Shown here piece by piece: positions 28,585 through 37,719 of a DNA stretch of 64,000 nt (position 1 is the stretch's first letter; each line of letters begins with the position of its first letter). The DNA comes from Candidatus Bathyarchaeia archaeon. GTDB taxonomy: Archaea > Thermoproteota > Bathyarchaeia > Bathyarchaeales > Bathycorpusculaceae. The DNA is taken from positions 1 through 64,000 of the forward strand of contig JBEKWR010000010.1 in assembly GCA_049512935.1 (NCBI GenBank), in the 5' to 3' direction. Made by a program: the position numbers and the translations under genes. The notes under the pieces were generated by a model that saw nothing but the letters and a program-made list of their open reading frames with translations, was not told the origin of the DNA and did not search any database.

Positions 28585-29136
28585 TTATTTGAAGGTCATT
28601 TGTGAGACGGAGTAGTAGACGATTTCGCCTCGGCGATTCATGACTGCGAGAACCATCTCTTTCTTTCGGCTTTGGCACTGCCGCAGCGCATCCGCCATCT
28701 GATCTATTCCCATGGGTTTGCCTTCTTGAATGCTGAGCACCAGGTAAGGCGCGGTGTCTTTGCCGTAGGTGCCGCGTTCGTAAACTCGAAAGTCGATGCC
28801 GCCGCCGAAGCCTTCCCGCGCGACGTAACCTCGGCTTCTCAGGTCGCGGTAAACGATGTAGCTGACCCAAGCGTTCTCGTTGACGGCTTCGTAGCAGCGA
28901 AGAAGACCCTGAAAATCCACCGAGTTGCCCTTGCCGTCTTTAACTTCAAGCATGCCCTTGTCCGCAAGGTACAATGCCTCAAAGAACGTAAGCGTGAAAA
29001 CCTTGTCTTCCAGCGTGCCGTAGCCCCGTGAAGTGAGCGCGTCAATGCTGCTTTGCTCAGCTACCCTGACGCCTTTCTCTGCGAGGGTGCCGCTGGTTCT
29101 GAATTCTGGAGGCTGCGATTTTTTTGTTTCGGTCAT
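28585..29136 (-). CDS. endA: tRNA splicing endonuclease, probable structural (beta) subunit
   Basis: EALYL, VYRDLRSRGY, DFRVYERG; catalytic His position reads DTAPY. Confidence 0.8.
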   Translation of the reverse strand: MTETKKSQPPEFRTSGTLAEKGVRVAEQSSIDALTSRGYGTLEDKVFTLTFFEALYLADKGMLEVKDGKGNSVDFQGLLRCYEAVNENAWVSYIVYRDLRSRGYVAREGFGGGIDFRVYERGTYGKDTAPYLVLSIQEGKPMGIDQMADALRQCQSRKKEMVLAVMNRRGEIVYYSVSQMTFK

Positions 29137-30164
29137 TTTGCTCTTTTTCCTTCAAGTTTGAATTTGCCGTAGTCTTTGGGGTAGTAGACTTGGGTTTCGC
29201 ATATTATGGCTGACACGTACTTTAAGGGTGTGATGTCGAAGGCTGGGTTCATGACTTTGACGCCGTTTGGCGCGATTTGCACGGAGCCAATGCAAGTGAC
29301 TTCTTCGGGTTTGCGTTCCTCAATAATCACGTCTGACGCCTTGTGTGCCAGGTCGAAGGTGGATTTTGGCGCTGCAACGTAGAACGGGATGCCGTGCTCA
29401 TGCGCCAGAACTGCGACCGAGTAAGTGCCGATTTTGTTGACTACTGCGTCCTGAACGATGCGGTCTGACCCCACAATAACCTTGTTGACCAACCCCTTGC
29501 TCATGACGTAGCCCGCCATGTTATCCGTAATCAACGTCACAGGTATCCCATCCCGCATAAGCTCGTAAGCCGTGAGCCGCGCACCCTGCAAGAGCGGTCG
29601 GGTTTCGTCGGCGATGACTCGGATTTTTTTGCCCTGCTCCCAAGCCGCGCGGATAACGCCCAAGGCGGTGCCGTACTCCACGGTCGCCAGCTCGCCAGCG
29701 TTGCAGTGGGTCAGGATGGTGTCGCCGTCCGCTATGAGCACGGAGCCGTTTTTGCCGATTGCGTGGTTCTGCGCGGCGTCTTCGTCAGCGATTTTCTGTG
29801 CTTCAGAAATAACCGCCGCTTTGACCGCTTCAACGCTGCCCTCTGCGCTTCGGGCTTTGGCTAGGACGCGGTCGACGCCCCAAAAAAGGTTCACCGCGGT
29901 GGGACGCTGACGCTTGATCGTGGCGCCCGCATCTTCAAGCTCGGAAAGCAGTTTTTCTCTGTTCTGCGCTTTTGAATGGTAAGCTGCCAACGCGATGCCG
30001 AAGCCTGCCGCTGCACCAAGAAGCGGGGCGCCTCTGACGCGCAGAGTTTTTATGGCTTCCGCCATCTGCTCAACCGTTGTGATTTCCAACGTGACCTCTT
30101 GAAGGGGAAGTCGTGTTTGGTCAGGAGTGATAACCGTTCCGTTTCGCCACTGAATCATCCGCAT
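29133..30164 (-). CDS. mtnA: S-methyl-5-thioribose-1-phosphate isomerase
   Basis: VRGAP, RPTAVNL, THCNAG, ETRPLLQGARLT, NKIGTY, NPAFDITP. Confidence 0.93.
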   Translation of the reverse strand: MRMIQWRNGTVITPDQTRLPLQEVTLEITTVEQMAEAIKTLRVRGAPLLGAAAGFGIALAAYHSKAQNREKLLSELEDAGATIKRQRPTAVNLFWGVDRVLAKARSAEGSVEAVKAAVISEAQKIADEDAAQNHAIGKNGSVLIADGDTILTHCNAGELATVEYGTALGVIRAAWEQGKKIRVIADETRPLLQGARLTAYELMRDGIPVTLITDNMAGYVMSKGLVNKVIVGSDRIVQDAVVNKIGTYSVAVLAHEHGIPFYVAAPKSTFDLAHKASDVIIEERKPEEVTCIGSVQIAPNGVKVMNPAFDITPLKYVSAIICETQVYYPKDYGKFKLEGKRAK

Positions 30165-30236
30165 TTTCTCTTTGCCTCGAATTTGCCTGTGTCTCTGCCT
30201 AGTTGGGTTGTGGCTCCCGTTAAAGATTTTCTGTGC

Positions 30237-30626
30237 CTAAGCCTTGTTCCGTTGAACCAAGTCAATGAGGTTGCCGTACAGGTCCTCGAAAACGACTTCG
30301 ACGCCCCAAGCTTGCTCCGCGGGCTCGCCGTAGAACTTCACGCCCTTTGCCTTCATGGCTTCGTAATCCCTTAGGCAATCGTCCGTTTCCAAAGTCATGA
30401 ACACGTGGTCGCCCGCCTGCTTCCCAAGCGCCTTCCGCTTCGCCGCCGTATCCGCCAGCACAAACGTCAACTCAAAGTCAGGCTGGTCCCTCGGCGAAAC
30501 CGTGACCCAACGCATGTCCCCCCAGAACTTCGTGTCCTGCCGCTTCACAAAACCAAGTTTTTTAACGTAAAAAGCGGCGGCTTCATCAAAATCCTTGGCT
30601 AACAACGTGACATGACCAATCTTCAT
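30237..30626 (-). CDS. VOC/glyoxalase family protein
   Basis: IGHVTL...FYVKKLGF; WG...FEDLYGNLIDLVQ. Confidence 0.9.
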   Translation of the reverse strand: MKIGHVTLLAKDFDEAAAFYVKKLGFVKRQDTKFWGDMRWVTVSPRDQPDFELTFVLADTAAKRKALGKQAGDHVFMTLETDDCLRDYEAMKAKGVKFYGEPAEQAWGVEVVFEDLYGNLIDLVQRNKA

Positions 30627-30701
30627 CCAGACCGCTCCCTAAACAAGTGAAACTGAAAAAGAATTGTGTGCCTAACCTAAAAAAGCTTAAGCTCCCAGAT
30701 T

Positions 30702-31454
30702 TTATGCTGCGTTGTCAAAGGGGGATTTTAGGTAGGTGACGACTTCTACGGGTGATTCTTCGCCTGACTTCAGCCGCTTCCTCCATTCTTCCCCGACCGC
30801 AATCAACGAGAAGATGCCTGAAACCTCGGCTTTGGACTTCTTCACAAGCGTCACCAGCGCCTCTTGGGTTTCGCCGCTCTTAATCATGTCGTCAACAATC
30901 AGCACGCTGTCCCGTTTCTTGATGGCTTCCTTAGGAATGTAGAGGGTTACGGTTACGCCTGAATCCTTCCCGAGAATGTAAGTTTCGTCAATGAAAGCTT
31001 TAACGCCGACTTCCTTGTTCCGCTTCGCAACGATAAGGTTCACGCCAAGCGCGTTGGCAACCATGGTGGCAAGCGGGATGCCGTCAACGGCGGCAGTTAA
31101 AACTTTGGTGACCCGTTTCCCAGCGAAGTTTGCAAGGGCGTGGTTGGCGGCTTGCTGCAGTATGTTGTAGTCGCCGACGATTTCCGTGTTGTCGAAGTAG
31201 CCTGCTTCGTCGAATTTTATTCTGTTGCGCAACTCAGCTTCTAACCCGACCATCTTGTTTAGGACTCGCCAAAGCTGTTTGGCTCTTGCAGTGTTAGGCA
31301 GCACGTGTCCTTTCGCGTAGCGGCTAAGCACGGTGACGGGCAAATCGGTTTTTGACGCTAGCTCTCGGTAGGTGATGTTGCGTTTGTACTTTGCCGTCCT
31401 AAGAAGTTCAATCGTCATTAAACGTAGTTTCAAATCTTCTGCGTGAGTGCTCAA
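30702..31454 (-). CDS. HTH-phosphoribosyltransferase (PurR/Apt-like)
   Basis: TYRELA...VLSRYAKGHVLP HTH; VLIVDDMIKSGET PRPP loop. Confidence 0.85.
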   Translation of the reverse strand: MSTHAEDLKLRLMTIELLRTAKYKRNITYRELASKTDLPVTVLSRYAKGHVLPNTARAKQLWRVLNKMVGLEAELRNRIKFDEAGYFDNTEIVGDYNILQQAANHALANFAGKRVTKVLTAAVDGIPLATMVANALGVNLIVAKRNKEVGVKAFIDETYILGKDSGVTVTLYIPKEAIKKRDSVLIVDDMIKSGETQEALVTLVKKSKAEVSGIFSLIAVGEEWRKRLKSGEESPVEVVTYLKSPFDNAA

Positions 31455-31730
31455 CTTTTACCCAACCCCGTTTTTACATTTATAAGTATAATATCTTATG
31501 TCTAATAGCTATTGTAACGATTCAATTTATAACTTTCTGTCTATGATTTTCAAGCGTAGTTTTCTACCCTTCTCTCGAGCCGTCACACGCTTTCGACCCC
31601 GCCAAGTCACGCGCCCATCAAAAGTGTCAAAGCTCATCCATTCCGGGCCTGCCCGCATATTTTGCCCTTGTTGCATTACATTTTTTAGACGGAGACGCGA
31701 AGTCCTACGTGTCAAGAAGGGGATGGTGGG

Positions 31731-32282
31731 ACGCAGAGGCTTAACAGACTGTTCATAACCGCGCTTTTCGGTTCCATAATCTTCGTCATCAACGCCTTCC
31801 TTCCGCCGCCCATAAACTACGTGCTAATCGTCGTCCAAGCCGTCGTCCTCGCGTTAAGCGGTTTATTCGTCAAAAGACTTGGCGCAACATACGTCGGCGC
31901 CGTCGGCGGACTCCTAACCGCGCTTGGAAGCCCAGCTTTGGGACCCTTCACTTTCCTGTTTTCCTTCCTCTACGGCGCATTAACCGACGGCTCCCTGATC
32001 CTGTTCAGAATCAACGCCACCAACGCGGGCGTGAACCGCAACAGGCTGATGATTGCGATGGCGGTTGCCACGATGCTTATCGGGTTGATCAGTTACTCGG
32101 CGTTTGCGCTTTTCCCCCAGTTTGTTCCTTTGGCAAGGGAGTTTTCAAGCGTCGGCTTGTTCATTCAGAGAAGCACCATGCTTGACGTGCTTGTGCTGTT
32201 TATGGGTCCAGCTACGGGGGTGGTGGCGGGTTACGCTGCAGCTTACCTGTGGAACAAGTACCTGCGGCACATCCGCGTTTAA
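31731..32282 (+). CDS. ECF S-component-like membrane protein, start uncertain
   Basis: Multi-TM protein with GATYVGAVGGLL; an extra in-frame TM helix lies upstream of the GTG at 31821. Confidence 0.55.
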   Translation, partial: TQRLNRLFITALFGSIIFVINAFLPPPINYVLIVVQAVVLALSGLFVKRLGATYVGAVGGLLTALGSPALGPFTFLFSFLYGALTDGSLILFRINATNAGVNRNRLMIAMAVATMLIGLISYSAFALFPQFVPLAREFSSVGLFIQRSTMLDVLVLFMGPATGVVAGYAAAYLWNKYLRHIRV

Positions 32283-32548
32283 AGGCAGCGCTGCCTGATT
32301 TTCTCGTCAACCAACTTTGCAACCATCAAGTTGGAGATGAACACGCATTTGACGCCCAGCAACTCGGCAAGTTCAGCGGGCTTCTGGTCCTGAGTTACCA
32401 AGAGCAGGTTGTTCTTGCCCGCGTACTCGACGACTGTGCGGTCCTTGGCGCTTTTTAAACCCGCTTCCTGAGCAGTCAGCACTTCGTAACCTAAAGTTTC
32501 GAGGTATTCCTTCAAGCCAGCGTACATTTCATCGAGCAGAATCTTCAT
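32279..32548 (-). CDS. DUF5615 PIN-like protein
   Basis: MKILLDEM...LGYEV...GL...KD...LLVTQD. Confidence 0.8.
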   Translation of the reverse strand: MKILLDEMYAGLKEYLETLGYEVLTAQEAGLKSAKDRTVVEYAGKNNLLLVTQDQKPAELAELLGVKCVFISNLMVAKLVDEKIRQRCL

Positions 32549-32613
32549 GCGTCATCGCTTTCTGTTTCCGCGTCAAAGTTATTTAGCTTTTACCTTCCTT
32601 TAGAGAAACTGGA

Positions 32614-32648
32614 GAATCATAAGTAGGATACTCGTGTTTCAACTATTT
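32614..32648 (-). repeat. Copy 2 of ATPase start/operator element, followed by MILQFL-stop
   Basis: 34/35 identical to 14712-14746. Confidence 0.75.
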
Positions 32649-32747
32649 GATTAACCAGGAAAAGACGCCGCAGTGCGTCTGCGCCCAGCAAACAAAAGCT
32701 GGACGGCTGCCAATCTCGGGTGAAGAACGACCCAAAAAAGAAGCTGC

Positions 32748-33386
32748 TTAGTCTATGAGCAGCAGCGCGAACGATTCAGGTTGCTTCGCGAATGGGAAGG
32801 ACACTTCGATTCCCGCGTTAGCCGCGGTTTTTTTCACGTTAACTCCCACCGCGTCCTCTGACCACCGCGCCAGCTCAGGGTGAACGCAGATCCTCGTCTG
32901 GGTGTTGCATTTCTCGCAGAGCTGGCATGTTCCCGAAGCGAAAGCCAACGCCAAACTGTAGCCTTCCTTCATGGCTGCCTTCTCGAGGTCAACGACGCTT
33001 TGCAGCATCGCCTTCTTGTCTTCCCGCCAGACAGCCCAAAACTTCGCCGCTTTTTCCTTAACGTCTTTAGGCACGGATGGGTCGGTTTCAGCCACTGACA
33101 GCTTGCTGAGCACTTCTGGGTCGGCTTGGGCTTTGGATTTAAACTTCATGAACATGGCGTAGCTGTACTCGCCGACGATTTTTCGGAATTCCTCAGCCGA
33201 AGGCGTGTAGGGTGGGCAAGCCAGTGTTTTCCCGTAGTTGCTGCAGCCTACTTTGCACTTGAGAACCACTCGGTCTTCCACGACGACTTTGCTCGCGGGT
33301 ATGATTTGGGCGTCAGCGGCACCCTTCTCCAACGCTAACTTGGCGAGAAACTGGAATTTTTCGGCTTCGCTATGAGCTGGCATCAT
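32748..33386 (-). CDS. DUF2284 predicted metal-binding protein
   Basis: VEDRVVLKCKVGC...YGK...CPP; GTCQLCEKC...C.HP. Confidence 0.85.
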   Translation of the reverse strand: MMPAHSEAEKFQFLAKLALEKGAADAQIIPASKVVVEDRVVLKCKVGCSNYGKTLACPPYTPSAEEFRKIVGEYSYAMFMKFKSKAQADPEVLSKLSVAETDPSVPKDVKEKAAKFWAVWREDKKAMLQSVVDLEKAAMKEGYSLALAFASGTCQLCEKCNTQTRICVHPELARWSEDAVGVNVKKTAANAGIEVSFPFAKQPESFALLLID

Positions 33387-33550
33387 TTTTCCCTAAGTTC
33401 TTTGTCAGAACGGGCTCTTTTGATATAAACTTTTAGCGCAGCCGTTCGGGAAAAACCTCGTGGAAAAAGGCGGTGAAGTTTGGCATTGAATGGGATATGT
33501 GGCTGTTTTACATGCTGGTGAGCGCAAGAATAATATAGTGAATCTGTTAA

Positions 33551-34735
33551 ATGATGTTTCTGCGCGGGGGTGCGGTTGGTATCAAGAGCAAAATCAGCAG
33601 CATAGGTTACGTCAACAAAATCCAAGAAAACATCCTAAGCATCAAGCATCGTGAGCTTGCACCTCTTTTTAATGAGCTTAAAGCTGCTGACTGCGTTATC
33701 TGCGGCGGGTCAGGCAGGTCACTTTACTCACTGAACGCTGCCCTGAGCCAGATTGCACTTAGTCAAGCAGGCTGGAGGAACAAGGTTGTCTTGACCCCCG
33801 ACGACCCAGGTTTTCCAGGCAAAAGCATGTACGACGCGGCAGCTGACCTTGCGAGGCGCTACAAGAAAACCCTGCTTCTCATTAACAGCGGAAGCGGCTA
33901 CTCTGACGATCCCTTGGTGATGGCGCAGGATTTAGCACAGTTCATTGAAGAAAAGAAGACTAACAGGTTCTCCATGGGTCTTTTCACGTCTGCTCCCGAG
34001 TCGCCTCTAGGCGAGATTGTCGGCAAGTACGGTCACGTGGTTGAGCTTAAGGGGCGCGGCAAATCTAAGCCTGGCACCGAGTACAGCGAGACAGGCATGA
34101 TGGGCGACATCTTCGAGCTGGGCACGCTAGAGCTTTTGAACAGCATGGTTGAAGCCGTATTTCGGAACCTTGAGGTTCAAGATGTTTTCACGATATGCGT
34201 TGAGGAACTGGAAAAAATCGGCGACATCATCGATTCCAACGTTAACTCCGAAACTTACACGCAGCTTGTCGACCTGCTTGAGAAGAGGACAAACGTGTTC
34301 TTCGGCGGGAAAGGCACGGGAAACGAAATCGCCAAAATGACGGCAGTGCGGCTTTTCCACATCAAGAGTTTCCTAGGCGACAACGTTTACATCACGCGAG
34401 GCGTCAACACTCCTCACCCAAGGGCGGGAGACCTGGAAATCCTGATTTCCTACTCTGGCGAGACGAGACCCGTGATTATCTGGGCTGACGTCATCAAGAA
34501 ATTCGCGGGAACCGTGTTCGCGATAACAAGCGCCAAAGAATCAACCTTGGCGAAGAAGGCAGACCTGAAGCTGATTTTGCCTGAAGAGGTCAAGCCGCTT
34601 ACGCCGAGGCGCTTCTACACCCGAACAGCCTTCGCGCTGAGCCCAGTGCCAGTTAAGCTTGCTGAACGGCTCGGTCAAAGAGGCTTGAACCTGCCTGAAT
34701 ACATCATCAGCTGGTACCACTCAGTGACCCAGTGA
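33551..34735 (+). CDS. Tandem SIS-domain protein (hexulose-6-P isomerase-like)
   Basis: GGSGRS...INSGSG and GGKG...ISYSGET halves; GDIFE. Confidence 0.75.
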   Translation: MMFLRGGAVGIKSKISSIGYVNKIQENILSIKHRELAPLFNELKAADCVICGGSGRSLYSLNAALSQIALSQAGWRNKVVLTPDDPGFPGKSMYDAAADLARRYKKTLLLINSGSGYSDDPLVMAQDLAQFIEEKKTNRFSMGLFTSAPESPLGEIVGKYGHVVELKGRGKSKPGTEYSETGMMGDIFELGTLELLNSMVEAVFRNLEVQDVFTICVEELEKIGDIIDSNVNSETYTQLVDLLEKRTNVFFGGKGTGNEIAKMTAVRLFHIKSFLGDNVYITRGVNTPHPRAGDLEILISYSGETRPVIIWADVIKKFAGTVFAITSAKESTLAKKADLKLILPEEVKPLTPRRFYTRTAFALSPVPVKLAERLGQRGLNLPEYIISWYHSVTQ

Positions 34736-34880
34736 ACATAGCTCAAACTAGAGATTCATGCTACACAGACTTTTTAGCAAGAAAGGGTGTAACGAGTAAC
34801 AAGTGACAAATCGGGAAAAGTGAATACACGTACGGAAGACTCAGACATAGATTATGAACGTTATGATTCGCCTGTGAGTA

Positions 34881-36158
34881 TCAAGAATAGTTATTGAAAA
34901 ATTCCCAAGCAATGTTGAAACGCCAGGGGTCACCCTTTTGTGTGAGCTGTATTTTTCCATCTTTAGTTTCAATTAAGCCCTTTTCCTGTAATCGGTGGAT
35001 TGCCTCGGGAAATACATCTTCAGGTAACTTGCCAAACCTAGACTGAAAAACGTGGCGATCCACGGGAACACGAATGTAAATTAGCATCATCTCTTTTCTC
35101 ATCTCATCTTCAACCGAAAGCTTAGTAACCCGCTCAATAGGAAACGCACCGCTTCCCACCGCTTCAATATAAGCCTGGATATTCTCAATATCAGAATACA
35201 GAAAACTTCCAATGTGGCCCATAAAAAAGCCTGCTCCAGAACCCACCACTTCGGAAGAAGGCCTGTTAAAATCCTCTTTAACACGAGAAAATCTGTTGTG
35301 ACAAGTAGGATAATATCCATTCTTCCGGAAAATATTGGAAGCCTCAAGATACATTTCGATTTCGACCTTATCATCGCCAGTCGGAGGCAACTCGCCAGAT
35401 TCAATTTTCTTTGCAAGAAAAGTATCAGGATACAAATCCAAAGGATAACAATCTACGCTTTCAAGTTCAAGTTCCAATGCCTGCTCTATATCCGCCTTCC
35501 ATTGGCTCAGCGTTTGACCTGGTAAATTATAAATCAAATCAACGCTTACGCCAAGTCCCTGCTTTCTAGCACTTCTCAGTTTTGTCGCAACTTCACGTTT
35601 GCTGTCACGAAGCATCAGAATTTTGCGGAACGAATCGTCAAATGTTTGAACCCCGATATCTAACTGGTTCACCTTCTGCGAAGAAAGCAGGCGTATTTTA
35701 CTTTCGGAAAGATTGGTAGTGCAAGCGGCAACTTTGGTCTGATGGTCTTTCTCAAAGTTGAAGTTTTCTCGGCAGAAATCCAAGATGTCTACTATTTGGT
35801 CATTTGCAAGAACGGTAGGGCTTCCACCGCCAATGTAGAGTTCACTAAAAAGGCTGGAGCTGACATATTTGTTTTGGGCATAGAGACATAGGGCTTTCTT
35901 CATAGCAGCTAGATACGGGGGAATGCTTTGTTTATCGCAACTAACAGGAAAATAGCAGAATGCGCACTTTCCTTCGCAGAAAGGAATCCAGGGCTGCAAC
36001 TCTCTTGTTTGTCCAATTGTACTGCCCGTTTTCAGAAACTCAGCAAAATCTGACATGACACTAGAAGTGGAAAGAGCCCTATCTCTGTAAGTCATTGGAG
36101 GCCAATGTTGAATGGTCTTGTATGGCCAACCATTATTCGCATCTTGCAATAACGGCAC
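34881..36158 (-). CDS. HemN-like radical SAM protein
   Basis: IPFCEGKCAFC, YIGGGSP, IGVQTF, DLIYNLPGQT, GSGAG. Confidence 0.88.
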   Translation of the reverse strand: MPLLQDANNGWPYKTIQHWPPMTYRDRALSTSSVMSDFAEFLKTGSTIGQTRELQPWIPFCEGKCAFCYFPVSCDKQSIPPYLAAMKKALCLYAQNKYVSSSLFSELYIGGGSPTVLANDQIVDILDFCRENFNFEKDHQTKVAACTTNLSESKIRLLSSQKVNQLDIGVQTFDDSFRKILMLRDSKREVATKLRSARKQGLGVSVDLIYNLPGQTLSQWKADIEQALELELESVDCYPLDLYPDTFLAKKIESGELPPTGDDKVEIEMYLEASNIFRKNGYYPTCHNRFSRVKEDFNRPSSEVVGSGAGFFMGHIGSFLYSDIENIQAYIEAVGSGAFPIERVTKLSVEDEMRKEMMLIYIRVPVDRHVFQSRFGKLPEDVFPEAIHRLQEKGLIETKDGKIQLTQKGDPWRFNIAWEFFNNYS

Positions 36159-36430
36159 CTTTCAAGTAAAACGGGCTATTTTGTCTTTTAAAGCTACCCA
36201 TACATCAAAAGCTTTTTCGCTGGAATATGAACCCACTGGAACGAATGTTTACTTTCCACCATTTTCTGGAACTATTTTCCTCGTGAACGAATAGCACGCG
36301 CTACCATTGGAGCGCAACCATTCGAAAAATGGATGTGTCTTCAAACAACTTGCATAGACATGGCTCCTTAGTGGTTTAACATGTAAAAAGCTAAGCAAGA
36401 AAATAGTTTAAAATATGTTACACTTATGAA

Positions 36431-36458
36431 TGTTGGGTTACCACTCAGTAACCCAATA
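36431..36458. other. 11-6-11 inverted repeat (dif-like site or hairpin)
   Basis: TGTTGGGTTAC-CACTCA-GTAACCCAATA; arms 10/11 complementary. Confidence 0.45.
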
Positions 36459-36498
36459 AACCAGCTTCTTCGTTTCTACTCTAAAAAAGGGATGAGCG

Positions 36499-37602
36499 CT
36501 AACTGTTTTTCTGCAGTCCGAACAGCCTGTTTCTAAACGCAAAGACGACGATAATGCACGATGCAGCCGCAATGGCTAAAGCAGCAAAAAGAGCCGTTTC
36601 CATCATGCTGCCTCTTGGGTTTGGCGAAGGCTCAGTTAATGACGATGCAGCTTTTGAGATGTTGGCAGGTGCCGTTGCGGAAACGTTTTGGATTTTGGCG
36701 GGCGCCATTAGTGGGTAGCGGTCAATGATTGTTGGGTTTTGGCGGATTAGGTATGGTGTGTCGCCGACGCCTGACGTGCCTATTTCGGTTGCGTTCGGGT
36801 ATTTCGCGGCGTAGTCGCTCCAGCAGTTGCCTACGGAGCCGTTATCCCACGCGGGCAGTGTTCCCTGATCGGCGGGTCCCAGGGCGTCCGAGCTTGTTTC
36901 GGCGATTCTTGTGTTTGCGTCGACTGCGAAGTTGTTCTCGTAGATTTCGTAGCTGATTTCGCCGTAGGTGCCGATGTTGAGGTCAACCGTGTTGTTTGCG
37001 AAGTTGTTCTCGGTTATTGTCGCCCCAAGGCTTGGATAGATCATTACGCCGCCGTAATTGTTAACTATCTGGTTTTGCGAGACAAGATTATTGTTGCCTT
37101 TTATGGTGACGGCGTAAATGCTGCTTGCTAAATAGTTGCCGCTGACATGGTAGCCGTCGGCGTAGATGGCTACGGCGTTCTCGGTTCTGGTGATGTTGTT
37201 GTCGATGACGCTGTTGCCGTTGAAGGCACCCGAGACGCCTGCTTCCCAGCCTGTGATGCTGAAGTTTTGGACTGTTATGTTGCTGCCTCTTAGGTCTATC
37301 GCGGCGGTGTCTTCTGCCCCTGCGACTCCAGGCGTTCCCCAGCCGCCCGCGCCCTGAAGCGCGAAGCCTTCGCCGTCAAGAACGATGTTGTTGCATGCCA
37401 CCATGATGGGTACGTCGTAGATGCTTGCCGTGAAACGGTAAATGTTGCCCTGCCGCTGAATCAGCGTGGTTCCTGGCACTGAACCGTCAGGGTTAATGAC
37501 GATGGTTCCCGCTGGCTGCGCTTTTACGCCGAAACACCCGATTGTTAAAGTCATCAGGCTTATGAAAACGCAAGCAACCATTATCTTCCCGATCGATTTC
37601 AT
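36499..37602 (-). CDS. NosD-like parallel beta-helix surface protein
   Basis: Signal peptide, NIVLDGEG, Asn-rich repeats, GNCWSDY...GDTPY...DRYPL, C-terminal TM. Confidence 0.85.
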   Translation of the reverse strand: MKSIGKIMVACVFISLMTLTIGCFGVKAQPAGTIVINPDGSVPGTTLIQRQGNIYRFTASIYDVPIMVACNNIVLDGEGFALQGAGGWGTPGVAGAEDTAAIDLRGSNITVQNFSITGWEAGVSGAFNGNSVIDNNITRTENAVAIYADGYHVSGNYLASSIYAVTIKGNNNLVSQNQIVNNYGGVMIYPSLGATITENNFANNTVDLNIGTYGEISYEIYENNFAVDANTRIAETSSDALGPADQGTLPAWDNGSVGNCWSDYAAKYPNATEIGTSGVGDTPYLIRQNPTIIDRYPLMAPAKIQNVSATAPANISKAASSLTEPSPNPRGSMMETALFAALAIAAASCIIVVFAFRNRLFGLQKNS

Positions 37603-37719
37603 GTTTATCGCTCTTTTTGCATCTGCATAAAGCAGCATTCGTTCTAATAGCTCTCCTCAAGGAACAAGCCGTTCTTTCAGAAGAACAGCGCTATGGAACC
37701 CGTCTACCCTTCGGCAAAA

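Noticed and set aside
31527-31715. Ribosomal protein L39e-like ORF
   Set aside because: Only a basic composition and a PxW resemble L39e; it would leave no promoter space for the divergent gene
25617-37710. 12-bp match cccgtctaccct at 25617 and 37699
   Set aside because: Matches of this length are expected by chance in 64 kb
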